Origin: Monocercomonoides exilis PA203
Lineage: Eukaryota > Protista > Preaxostyla
Length of the DNA: 64,000 nt
Assembly (NCBI GenBank): GCA_001643675.2
Contig: LSRY02000026.1
Span: forward strand, 186,001 to 250,000
Direction of reading: 5' to 3'
Translations under genes and position numbers: made by a program
Notes under the pieces: model-generated
The model's input: the letters and a program-made list of their open reading frames with translations, nothing else
Databases searched by the model: none
Told to the model about the DNA's origin: nothing
In this document: positions 13,900-25,949 of the stretch, in pieces
Layout of the letters: each line of letters begins with the position of its first letter
Numbering within the stretch: position 1 is the stretch's first letter

Positions 13900-16800
13900 C
13901 TGACTCTTTTTCTGTTCTCCTAAGACCATGTTCTTCGCAGTTAGTATTCTTTTCATCTGCTCGTTAATCTCTTCTCAGTCTATCGTGACTTCTGCTAACT
14001 CCGGCTCTGTCAGCTTCTTGATCATCTCTTTGTTCTGGTAATGTTCCTCATTCATCTTGTTTTCCACTTCCAGCAGAACGGCTCCTAACTCTCTTTCTTT
14101 CCACAAGCCTCCCAAACACTCTCTTCTCTCTTTCTTTTTGTACAAATAGGATTTCTTTCTCGTCTTTGTTGGTTTGTTTCATTCTTTTTCCATTTCTTCT
14201 TTTCTGTTATCTCTTTCAGTCTCATCTGCATTTTTCTTAAAGAAGCTCTTTCGTTTTCTTTGATTTCATCATTTTCAGGAATTTTTTGTGTTATAGATAG
14301 ACTTCCAAAGATATATCCGCATTCTGTTTTTTTTTGGTGACATTTCTCTTCTTCCAATTGAACACTTCTTGTAAGATCTCTTTCTGTCCATCAAAATTTT
14401 CTTTTCTTTCGCCAATGGCTTTCACAGACACAGCTTTCAATCTTTTCTCAAGATGAAACTCATATTTTTCTGTCTCTCTTTCGTCATCTCTAATGAAACT
14501 TCCTTTTCCACTTCTCCTCCTCCTTGTTCACTATCTCTTCCTCACCTTCTTCACGGCTTCTTTATAGAAATCCGATCATCTTGTTTCACTTGTCCATGTC
14601 CTCCTCCTTCTTAGCTGCCCCAATGCAAATTGAAGCTAAATCTTCAACTTCTGCGAATAATTCACGAAATGTTATTAATCCAACACCGCTTCGCACCTGA
14701 ATCACTTCTCTTAAATGAACAAAAAAGGATATTCTAACGCCCAACACACATTTCAATGAATTATACACAGAGAAAATGTCCATTTCGCACAAGACGTTAG
14801 AAATAGGAGAGGATAACTTAGCAGCTGAAAGAGGAGTCAGCGCAGACGATAGAGGTGCCTGTGGAGCTAATGTCAGTGACATTTGCGAGGAAGTTTTCTT
14901 CGAACAGTGAGCTTTTCCAATGTCAGAAGACTTTTATTACTTGAATTATCCATTGGAGATCCGAAAATATAATATGAAGACAATGTGATCTTTTGTTTTT
15001 TTCTTTTCTGGGACATTAAAGAATTTTGTGTTATAAACCTTGCATTTTGTATTTTTTTCTTCTATCGCTCTAACGATATGAGCTGAAGATAGCAAAAGAA
15101 GATCTCAATTTCCTAAAGATTCTCAGCATAGTTCTCTTTGTTCAAAAACCTTCAACTGCATTCCCAAAGGAGTCAGACGAGCTGCGCTTCCTTGATTGTT
15201 CGTTGCTCCAGTTTGAATAAGCCCTTGAATTCACTGAATCTCCTGTGATTGCATGGACCCTTGTTGTAATATTCCTTGTTGAGAATACAATGGAACTGAA
15301 ACTGAACAAGAAGCAGAAGAAGAGCCAGTAGACGGATTCAACAAGGGAGGAAGAGATACATTCACTCCGCTTACTACATCTGCAAAAGTAATTCTCCTTC
15401 CTCCAGCACTGATGCTTAGGGTCTCCTTCAGCAGGATCAGGTTCCTTTTGTTCTCTCTTGGTGTTTCTTTCATGGCAGACATCGTTGGAATGAGTTTGAA
15501 CATCCCAAACGCTTTTCTCTCCTTCTCCTTCTGTAAATCCTTATCTTCTGCTCCACTTTTGTCTGCGCTGCTATTTCCAGTACCTGCTTCGTGGCCTCAT
15601 TGACTGGAATGCCACTGGCCTATGTTCGTGACTGTAATATTGACGCAGCAACTGCTGAAAGCGGATCAACAGGCTGCCTTGCCAGCACCAACAGAAACTT
15701 CTTCTCTTCGTTTCTCGCTTTTTCCAGGACAGGGTGGAACTGCACAAGTCTAGTGGCTGTCTGAATGCCCCTTGATTTCGTCATGCGCTCAATGACACTC
15801 ATTCTCGGTGGCTGCTTGCGGATGCTTGGTAGATGCGGGAACTTTCCAGAGAGGAGGAAGAGGAAGATTGAGAAGGCATTGGAAAAGAAGAAGAAATTCC
15901 TTTGATTTTTCCAAGTTGAGAGTGCTGTGTGGAGAGTGAGGCGATGATGGAGTGATCATAAGTATTGCCTGAGTTAATGTTGGAAGAAACAACAGAAGAT
16001 GAAGAAGAAGGTGTTCCATTCACAGAAGATGAACAGCATGTTAAAAGAAAACGATGATACGAAAAGATCTGCTATCCTTCTGAATTTGCACCAGCACCAT
16101 TAAAGGAAGAAGACGATGAAGAATTCTGATTCGCAATTGAAGAAATAGAGATCGAAGAAGAAAAGATCGCTCTTCTGATATAGCACTGAAGTGAAGTGTC
16201 AACGAATTGTGCAGCTATTGGTGCATGCAGCTCTACAACAGACACACATTTCAGTCCCACTGCAATTTTTCCTCTGATCGGCTGAATCGTCTCAACCTGT
16301 GACTTGATAAGCGGATGGCTCTCTGACTAGTCAAACAGGATGCCTCTCTTCTCTCCTTTCTCATACGCCCTCTTCTGCAGCGCATGGTGCCTCCTCACAA
16401 GAGGACACACCAGACACACCAGCCTCTGCTCCATTCCTCTTCTAGCCACACTTCCAAAGACAATTCGCTCATGTGACAACAAGCACAGCTGTCCGAGCAG
16501 CGGAGAAAGATAGGCTGAAATCGTTGTCTTTTTCTTATCTGCAAGCAGCTCTGCTCCTTCCTTTGCGATAAAGTCGTCGCTTGCCAACAACGCTTGTAGC
16601 ACTAGCTCCATGTGCCTGTGATGCCTTTTGTTCCTTCACTTCCTTTCCCCTCTGATCCTTCTCCAACATTCGCATTCATTACACTCACTGAGCTGTATCT
16701 GCTTCCCAACTTTTAATGAATCCTCACCAAATATCCCCTCTGCATCAGAGAACTGAAGCTCCAGTATATCGTCTGCTTCCCATACGCCCGCACAATCCTT

Positions 16801-18200
16801 CTCTTGAAAGGACACTTAAACAGAAAGAAATCAGACGCCGACGCATTCAGCCGCTCCACATCAGTCAGGTCGAGTCTGTAGTCAACGCTTGTCCCACCTT
16901 CGTTCCGCAGCACAATCGACTGCATTGGTGCATCCACCTCGCCGATGGGCATCTGTTCCAGAAAGTCCTTCGCCGTCGTCTCTGCTCCTCACCAGATCTC
17001 AAACACAGCATGCGCATCAGTTGGACTCAGCGTCTAGCACGCAATCTCCAAAACGACTTGCTTCCCTCCACCCAGCAGCTGCCAGATGAACGATGCCTGG
17101 TGCATTCCCTCGCTGTGGTGGTTGCACGAAAATCTCACTACGCATTCTTCTCTTGTCTAAAGATGTCCCTCACGCGGCTCAATCGAAATGGCGCTCATTC
17201 TAACTCCTTTGACTTTTCCTGGTTTTCCACCACTTCCGTCTCCTCCATTGTTATTATCATCATTTCTTCCTCCTTCTCCTCCACTTGCACCTCCGCCTCC
17301 ATTTCCACCCAGACCCATCCCTCCCATCTGATGCATCATCCCCTTCCTCAGATCTCTCTCTTCCACCCAATGCTCAGCCCTCACATCAAAGTCTGATGGA
17401 TCGCGTATTCGCCAGTCAAGCGGAAGTTTCCCATTGTTCTGTACACACACAAATACCTCTGTGTCCTTGCTTCCCAGCGGAGCAGCACCCAAATAGAACG
17501 GCAGGTGCAGCAGATTCTGCAGCAAGCGCATGCCAGCCTCTGTGTAGAGCAGTCCATCGTAGCGATTGAATGTCTCATCAGCAGGTGCAAGCTCGTTGGT
17601 CAACTCGAAGTTCAGCTGGTTCAATGAAAGATCTTTTCACGCAATCACCTTTACCGTGTTGTGAATGTAAACATCCACAACAGTTTCATATGGAATTATC
17701 CCCAATCCAGTCGCTGCTCATAATGCAGTTACGTTGAGCTTGGATTGTATTCATCACATTTCGTTGGTTCCTGGCTCTCTTCTCGACTCTGTGACATCAT
17801 TGAAGGTGTTGGAGAAGAATGCACTGATTGTTATGGATTGTTTGTTCCTCTATCAGCATTGGATTTGTCCGAATATCACTCTCTTTTCTCTTTGTCTGTT
17901 TCAATCTCACACAGAACAACACACGTGCGTAATGTGTAAAGCACAGGGATGAATAGCATCTTTATTCTTTTGTGCGATCTTTTTGAAAGGGATCCTCCTT
18001 GTGGTTGGTTAGACAGAACAGGCAGAGCAATTGAAGGAAAAGCAGAAAGAGAAGAAGCAGACGATGATGGTGACAAATCAGCATTGCGTGTTTTGAGAGA
18101 AAGGAACGAAGAAGCAGGCAAAGAAGGAGAAAAAGAAGAAAAAGCAGAAGAAATGGAGGTTAAAAATGATGAAAGATTCATCAAATTATTTGACATAAAT
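13900..18200 (-). pseudogene. CFAP65 (CCDC108)-like axonemal protein, decayed C-terminal part; similarity clearest at about 16330-17650
   Basis: 'FYLGAAPLGSKDTEVFVCVQNNGKLPLDWRIRDPSDFDVRAEHWVEE' and 'PIGEVDAPMQSIVLRNEGGTSVDYRLDL..VERLN...DFFLFKC' match my recollection of CFAP65 ASH/Ig-like domains. Many stops and frameshifts. Outer limits are approximate. Confidence 0.6.
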
Positions 18201-19070
18201 GAAGAACATTTTGGAGTGAAAAAGTTGAGGAAGAAGAAGCATAAAAGAAGATATGAATCATATTTGAATTTTGTTTACCAAAAAACAAAGTTTCTTTTCA
18301 GATAAATCAAATTTTTTAATATTGCCATAAACCTATTTCGAATTATGATTTTTTCGTTGATCTGCAATTTGCAGAAATGATTATTTTTTGATTGTTTATA
18401 ATAAAAATGTTATAAAGAAGTGATTACTAAGCTTTTAAACGATTTCTGCAAATTTCCAAGTAATTAAAATCTTTCATTTATCAATAAGATCAAAGTGAAC
18501 ATTTTCTGAATGATTATTTTTAAAGACACATTTTCATAAATATTCTTTATTCTTAAATTTCAATCGATGATATAAATTTTCATTGTTTATTGTTTGTCTT
18601 TATAGAAAAAAGAAAATTTTGAAAAAACTTATCATTTTCCAGAAAAATAGTTTTAAAAAAATCCTATTTTTGCTTTCGTCGTTTTTTTTTATAAACACAA
18701 AAATTTCACTGTATTTAATGAAATAATAATTGTGACAGTGATACTTATTTTTTGTTATTATAGTATTTTTCTCATTTTTTATAGAATTAGAATTAAAATA
18801 TTTAATGTTATTGTTTTATTCAGATGATGTGAAAAAGGTAATAAAATTCATGTATGTTTTGGCTTTTCGGGAATTTAAAGAAGGATAGTTATAGATATGA
18901 ATTATTAATTTTTGGAAGTTCTTTGAATATTTGATTCTTCAATTTTTCTCGAGGTCAATTCAAAGCCCAAAATATTTTTATGAATTAGGAAAAATATTTC
19001 AAAATATAGAACAACAGCTTTCATATTTTCATTATCATTAAACCATAAATAAAATTCTTTTTCAACAAAA

Positions 19071-22000
19071 ATGTCTTTTTCAAAACCTCAATCAACTCTT
19101 AATTCTCGATGCAGAGTTTTATGGAATGAAATAAAACGAATTGGTGGAGATGACGTTGATTCATTGCTCGTCTATCTCTTTTTCAACAACAGGCAATCAT
19201 CTTCAGTTATTAACAATTTGCTGAAATCATTGAATGGTTTGGTTTTTTATTTTTTTGTATTGTGTAGAAAATATTATTTTCACTCTCTGTTATTTCTTTT
19301 TCTTTTTGATTTGTTTATTATTTATTTTTTTTGAAACAGAATATCACATAAAGCTGCTGGAAGACCTGTCTGTGGTGTACAACAACGCTCCGTTGCACAC
19401 TCAGACAACAATGCTTCAAGCGCTGTCTCGCAACACATCATTATCCGATTTACAGGACTATGGATATGATGTCACAAAGGGGAAATTTATGTATGTCAAA
19501 CAAACGCTGAAAAAAAACCAAGGCTTTATCATCCAGCCTCAAAAACCTCATCTTCCTTCTTGCAAAAATGGTTTGTATTTGTTCATATTTTTTTGAATAA
19601 TTTTCTCTGTTTATTTAGGTTTGAATGAACAGGATTGGGAAAAGGGAAACAACTGGATGTTGGCCCATTCCACCTAAGCCTCCACTTCACTTCTGTTAGC
19701 AAAGAAAAAGCAGCGAGCTGAGTTAGATTACGCAAGATTTATTGAAGAAGCAGCGTGGGAAGATGAAATTATTACAGAAAACTCTTCTACAAATAAAAAA
19801 CAATCTTCTTTATCTTCAACATCATTTCAACAAAATAAAAAATCAAATGTCGTTTCAGAAAAAAATTCTTCTTCTTCAAATTCTTCTCCTTCTCAAGCTG
19901 TTGATGCTCCAATCAACACTCCAATAAGGAGAGAAAGGGGTTAAACAAAAAGAAAAACAAATAAATCACATCAAAAACGTCATTCATCTCCTTCACCCAT
20001 TCCAATTCACAAATTCTTCAAAACAAAACAATCGTCATCCACTTCCACTTTTTCCTCATCTTCCTCATCTTTCTCATCTTTCGCAAAAAAACAGAAAAAA
20101 AATTCAAATTCATCTTCGATTGAAAAATTTTCAACTTCCTTTTTCAACGATGATGTGTGGGTTAGTGATCAATTAATTGAATATTCCATCTCACCCACAT
20201 TAATTCCACCTCAAGTCTTTCAAACTCTCTTTTCATCATTTTCAAAAGAGAACAACACTTATTCATCTCAACATAACACACCAACCGATGAGAGTATTAT
20301 TTCTCATCATGAAAATACCACACAAATCACAATAAATAACAATCCAACAAATTTTCTTCATTCAAGTTCTTCTCCTTCTTCATCGACCTCTTCAGAAATC
20401 ATATCTTCAAACACTTCATTATCAGCATCAACAAAAGGATTAATCAATATAGTCAACACTTTCTCTTTGGCTTCTCTTCTTCAATGCTTCTCTTCTATAA
20501 CAATTCAAAGACCATCTTTATTCAACAAACAAACATCTTTGAAGAATACATCTTCAGGTGTTATAAATGTTTGTAATCAATCGGCAAGAGATGGAATGGC
20601 AGTGCGTTCGTGGGTCCCATCACTGATCAACAAATGGGAAGACTTTTGTGGATTTGGAAGCAGACAGCAACAGAATGTTACTGAGGCATTTGACAATCTT
20701 CACCAACTTCTTTAAAAAGATGAGTTGATTAACAAGGACACATTCAATCCTGTTTTTATCACTCATTTCAAATACCAAAAATGCCAAAAATTTTTTCCAC
20801 GTTTCAACGAAGTTTGCAACAGTGTCGTAATCAATTCTTCTTCTCCTTATAATGGATTATCTTCTCTCTTTGCAACTGAAGTTTTGGAAGGAAAGAATAG
20901 TGTCTATTGTGATGACTGCAAGGAAAAATGCTGTGCTGCGAGATGGGAGGAAATGGCTGCATTTCCAGAGGTGCTTGCCCTCTGTCATGAATGCACTGAT
21001 GCTGCTTGTTCTGCTCCTTCAAGAACATTACTAATGGAAACAGATCGTGTTAACCAGCGCACTTTCTGCAAAGGGTTTTCAACAGAAAACGTTCAACATC
21101 TCCAAAATAATAATCTGGAAATGGTCATTTATCATCTTATTGGACAAATATTATACAAGTGTCTAGATCTACAGAATGTACATTACATTGCAGTTGTGAA
21201 AAGGAAGGCAGGAAGTGAAGCATTGTGGAATATCTGTAATGACGCTGATGTTACAAAACTGAACATCGAAAATTGGAGTTCGTCATGGAAAGATCTTTAC
21301 GCACAAGGTTACACTCCATCACTCTCATTCTACACCAAAGAAAAAGCAAAGCCAACATTCTCAACTCTTCAATTTGGTGGTTCATCGTCTTCTTCAGAAA
21401 CATCAAGTTCAAATACTTTTAATAACTCATCAACAACAACAACATCATCATCATCGTCTCCATTCATCACTCCACCTCATCGTTCAACTTTCATTCCTCC
21501 ACTTTCTTCGTCAATTTCAACAAGTTATGGATTGGAAGCACTGAAAGAAAAAAGAAAGAAAACGGGCATCTTTTCTCCCAATGAAAAAAGATTAATCTTC
21601 AAGCCCAAGACAAAATTATGGAAAGAGTTTTCAGAAGAAACGAAAGTCAAAGTTTCTCTATCCCATTTCTACAAGCTGACAACAAACTTTTCCAAAGCGA
21701 AAAGACGAACTGATCTGTGTGGAATGTGTGAAAAGTTGAACTATTTGGAGAACAAACTCAAATCTTCTCAAAACAAAAATGGACTTACTTCTGCCGAGTT
21801 TCACACTCTGAAACTTCTTCGACAACATCGTCTTGTTGCAGAAATGCAACGAAAACATTATCAATCAACTGTTGATAATCTTAAAGAGGGAGAAGCAGTC
21901 TTCGTTTTCGACTTCAAAGAGAAGTGGAAACTCCCTATCAGAAAGAACCAACTTCAACAGGAATTCTTCAACTATCAACAAGTATCTCAATTCACAATCA

Positions 22001-22826
22001 TCTCACTTCAAAAAATAAATAATCAACAAATTAAACGAACATTCAACTTCTTCTCCGACTGCCTTTCAAATGATCACAGATTTGTTATTGAGTGCTGGAA
22101 TCTATGATCAAAAGACACTTCTTCTCAGACACTCACACTTTTAAGTTCTTCTGCGATTTTGGTCCACACAACCGAAATCGCTTCCTTCTTCATTTCATTC
22201 TTTCAAAACAATCAAAACTTCTTAAAAAGAAAAATACTCAACTCAACTTCTTCGCTGAGCACCATGGAAAAAATATTTGCGATGGTAAATTTAGTGCGTT
22301 TGTGAACACAATCAACAACAACCTATCAACTGAACACATCACCACACTTCATGACTTGATCAACTTCTTCGAAAACAATATGAACACTTCAACATCTGCT
22401 TCTTCAACTTCTCAATCAAACATTTTCTCAACATCATCATCAAACTCTTCATCATCTTCAACATCTATCAAGGAGTGTGTACATGAGAGGTACTTTGAAG
22501 AATATGTACCATCTCAACAAATCTCATGGCCATCACTGTCAGTCCCTCACATGAAAGACAACTTATATTTTGAGCGCAAGGGCTCATTTGTCTGCGCTTC
22601 AGCTGTTGGATATCTTCCTCAACGCTCTCTGGTTGCCCTCGAATCTTCAACAATGAAAGAAAAAATCAAAAGATCAAGAAAGTCATTTCACTCTGATATC
22701 ACATCATCTAACTCTTCTCTTCTTTCTCAATCTTCTCAAGATCTTCTTTCAAGGAGATTTGAGCTTCTTCTTGACTCTTCTTCTATTTTTGAATCTCGAA
22801 ATTGTATTAATGGTGTCCCTTTTTAA
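19071..22826 (+). mobile_element. Sola2-like DDD transposase gene (2 introns, pseudogenised) with an in-frame ubiquitin-specific protease domain
   Basis: Introns at 19237-19339 and 19571-19618 (GT-AG, frame-restoring). Transposase motifs: VSLSHFYKL, TDLCGMC, VFDFKEKW, SNDHRFV, FFCDFGPHNRN, FFAEHHGKNICDG. USP motifs at about 20435-21330. In-frame TAA at 19675, 19942 and 20713; frameshift near 22095. Element ends not identified and the superfamily assignment is tentative. Confidence 0.75.
20435..21330 (+). other. USP / peptidase C19 domain within the transposase ORF
   Basis: Cys box GLINIVNTFSLASLLQC (C to F), QQQNVTEAF, EVLEGKNSVYCDDC, FPEVLAL, and His box YHLIGQI...HYIAVVK...WNICNDADV, all in canonical order. 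Confidence 0.85.
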
Positions 22827-23036
22827 GAAACTAGTTGTTGTGTATGCTTAGCTGGCACTCTATCGGAAGGGTGCTGGACATGACTGTTCGTATTTGATAT
22901 TGCAGCCTTCGGGCTGCTTTATCCGGACCTGGATACGACGAACAGCCTCCCAGTTGCACAATAGTTCGAATCCGATTGTTTTCTTGTGCTTTTTGTCCCT
23001 ATATTGTCCCTATAATTAAATTGGTTTTTGTCCCTA
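22814..23036 (+). repeat. Four TGTCCCT(A) direct repeats flanking the structured element
   Basis: Copies at about 22814, 22994, 23005 and 23029. Confidence 0.7.
22835..22976 (+). ncRNA. Putative structured RNA element (multi-stem with pseudoknot) directly 3' of the transposase stop
   Basis: Stems at 22835-44/22955-64, 22852-60/22869-77, 22884-91/22938-45, 22902-07/22912-17 (closing a C(UUCG)G loop) and 22920-25/22930-35. Loop ATCGGA (22862-67) is complementary to TCCGAT (22971-76). Family unknown. Confidence 0.6.
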
Positions 23037-23689
23037 CAATTATTGTATTTATCGAGATTCATTAATAGAGAGAGTTGTGAAGGAATTCATTGATCTTTGA
23101 GTGAGGTTTTTGGAAGGGAGAGTTGTTGAGAGTGTGAAATGTTGTCTTATCATTGTGTCTGTTTTTTTTCTTTGTTGGATTTGATTTTTTTGAGTCAAAG
23201 TTAGAGAAATATTAGAAAGGGAAGAGTGGATGGAAAACAGAGGGAAAATAGACAAGTTTGTTTTTGAACTTTTTATTTAAGTATTCTTTTTTGTTTGGAA
23301 TTGTCTTTGATACCATGAATTTGTTGAAATAGTATTGATTTTTCTTATATTTTTTATTGTTCAAAATTGTTGACATTTAGTTGATATTTGGTGAATGTTT
23401 TTATGATTATATGATAGAATTATGTTTTTTTGAATGTTATTGAATCTGATTTGAAAATTTCTAACAGTTTTCAATTTTATTATGATTGATATCAGGAAGT
23501 TCTTTTTGTTTTTCATGTCATTTTGGTTTATGAACGATTGTTATTTTTTTGACCGTATTTTTTTTTCATTTCACTGAAATTTTTTCCTATTCTATAAAAA
23601 CTCAAATTCGAATATACAAGCATTTTTCTCCTTGAAATCATTTTTATTTCTTCCATATCGCAAGATCATATATAGAAAACCAACTACTA

Positions 23690-24690
23690 GACCTGCGCGA
23701 CAAGTGGCAATTTTTGCCAGTAACTGACACAGGTGACCGACAGGACAATTTTTCCCTGATCACAACCATAAAATTTTGGTGAAATTTCATTTTTTGGAAT
23801 TTTTTCGAATAGAAATATAAATTTAATAAAACATTTTTACTTTCTAATAATTGACAAAAACATACCTCTGTGACCTGACAAATCACTTGAAGTCTCGTCC
23901 GTCATTTTAAAAAAAAGTAAAAAAATTAAAAAAATTAAAAAAATATTTTTATAAAATCAAATTAAAACAAAGTAATACAAATGATTGCTGAAACTTTTAA
24001 ATACTTAATAAAGTACTTTACAAAAGACTTGTTCATAGAATCGAAAATATCTGTCTAATTCTCTTTTGTCAGTGACTGTGACTGACTGTAAATGACAAAT
24101 TGTGACAAAAAAATTCCTCAACTGACATTTTTTGTTAAAAAAAACATGTTGGGAACCTGATCATATTTATTAAAAATTCGATTTTTTCAAAATAATGAGA
24201 ATTGTTTTATACTGATTTAAAATTAATTATTATAGTAATTAAGAATTGTGAAATCATTATAAATAACCCTTTTTGACAAATCATAAATATCTTGTCAATC
24301 ATTTTATCATTATTTCAATTTTCTATTGTCACGTCAAAGAGGTCGAGACAAAATGTCACATATTCTAACAAAAATTTTAATTTATTGTGAAATATGGCAT
24401 GACATATCTGTCTCAACAAAAAATAAAGAAAAAAAAAAGAAAATTATAAAGAAAGTCAAAAAAAAAAAAAAATAAAAAAATAAAAAAATCCATTGTGTTT
24501 TTTTCTTTGTCAAACAAGATAAAAAATTTGACAAAGAAATATTATTGATTTTTTGCATTTATTTTTTGAAAAATTAATTCATCAAATTATCCAAAATATT
24601 TTTTTCACTGACAAGATCTGTGATACTTGGAATAAAATAAGCCACTGGCAGTCACTTCTGTCACTGACATTACGTTTTGTCAATGAAATC
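23690..24690. repeat. Non-coding cluster dense in TGACA/TGTCA motifs in both orientations
   Basis: Many TGACA/TGTCA/GTGAC words in about 1 kb of ORF-free DNA, e.g. tgtcagtgactgtgactgactgtaaatgacaaattgtgaca. Confidence 0.55.
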
Positions 24691-25949
24691 AACAGGTTAG
24701 AAAATGAACAGAAATGTTTATCATTCAGTGAGACAACCGAAATACTTTGGATTTAAGATTTTGGTATGAAACGACCATAACTTTTCATTTTATTTTTATT
24801 GAACCTTCATTATTTTGGAGAAAAAATCAAACATATTCTCACAAAAAGGTGAAGTTGAATACAAATAGTAGTGCAGTTTTGATTTTGACAAGCTGTTGGT
24901 TAAAGGCATGTTCATTTTTTATCTATTTTTTCATTTACTGTTTTATTTTCTTGCTTTGAATATAGCTCCATGTGATGAAAATTACATTGTCTGTATGAAA
25001 TAAAATAAATATACATGAAATATGACTTTTGAATGCTTCAATTGCTCGCTCAGAATCACAACAAAATCACAGATGAATGTGGATTTGTAAAAAAGAAAGA
25101 TAAATGAGCCACCTTATCCAGATTGAGAAAATATGAATATCTTATGATGGGCAAAGCATGTGGATATTATCTTCAAAAGGGATTAAATTAATTCGTGCAA
25201 ACAGAATCAATTCTTTGAGTTAATGACACAAACCATGAAGCGATTCTCGGATTTATTTCATTGAATTTGGATCGTCCATGAAGTTTGCATAATAATGCTG
25301 TTGTTGCGTTGGTCTTTAACGTACTATGTTTTTATTTTTGTGACCACCGATAAATTGTTATATCGATGAATCATTCATTTGAATGTCCAAAATTCTTGGA
25401 CCCTGTTTCCTTATTCACAAGATTTTCGATATTTTTTTTCACTTCATATTTGGGAATCTGTTATCTTTCTTGATCGCTCTCCATCCAAGTGAAATATGAA
25501 AAGCACGAAGATTCCATGAAAATTGAGGGATATGGTGAAAGAAAGAAAAAACAATCGAAAAGAGCAGAGGAAAGGGGAGCGGAATTAAATGAAATCTTAA
25601 TAGGAATAGGCGTAAGAAAGAATGCATTATTCATGATGATTCATTTTAAAAAAGCTTTCTAAAGGCGGAAAAACAAATTGAAATTACAATATTAATCATA
25701 TTTTCTATTCTCTTTGAAAAGGTATTGAAATTTCACTTCATTTTTTTTAAATAAAAGAAATGAATCTCATAGAACCCTTTTATCATTTTTTTTTATTACC
25801 ATTTTCTCAAACGATTATTAAAGGAATGATATAACTTTTTATTGCAACAACATCAAATGAAAAGAGTTTGTAAAACATTCACGAAATTATCTTAACATTC
25901 AAATATAGCACAAGATAATACCGTCTATTCAGATAATCAAAAATTTCAT

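Noticed and set aside
19675-20715. Three in-frame TAA codons in the transposase (also TAA/TAG at 2505, 3093 and 11160), suggesting the TAR=Gln code used by some oxymonads
   Set aside because: The long intact genes (37410-41156, 51409-53928) encode dozens of Gln with no in-frame TAA/TAG. The same pseudogenes also contain TGA stops and frameshifts, so ordinary decay explains it.
22835-22976. tRNA or hammerhead ribozyme identity for the structured element
   Set aside because: There is no cloverleaf or T-stem around GTTCGAATCC. The hammerhead core CUGAnGA...GAAA is absent from the three-way junction.
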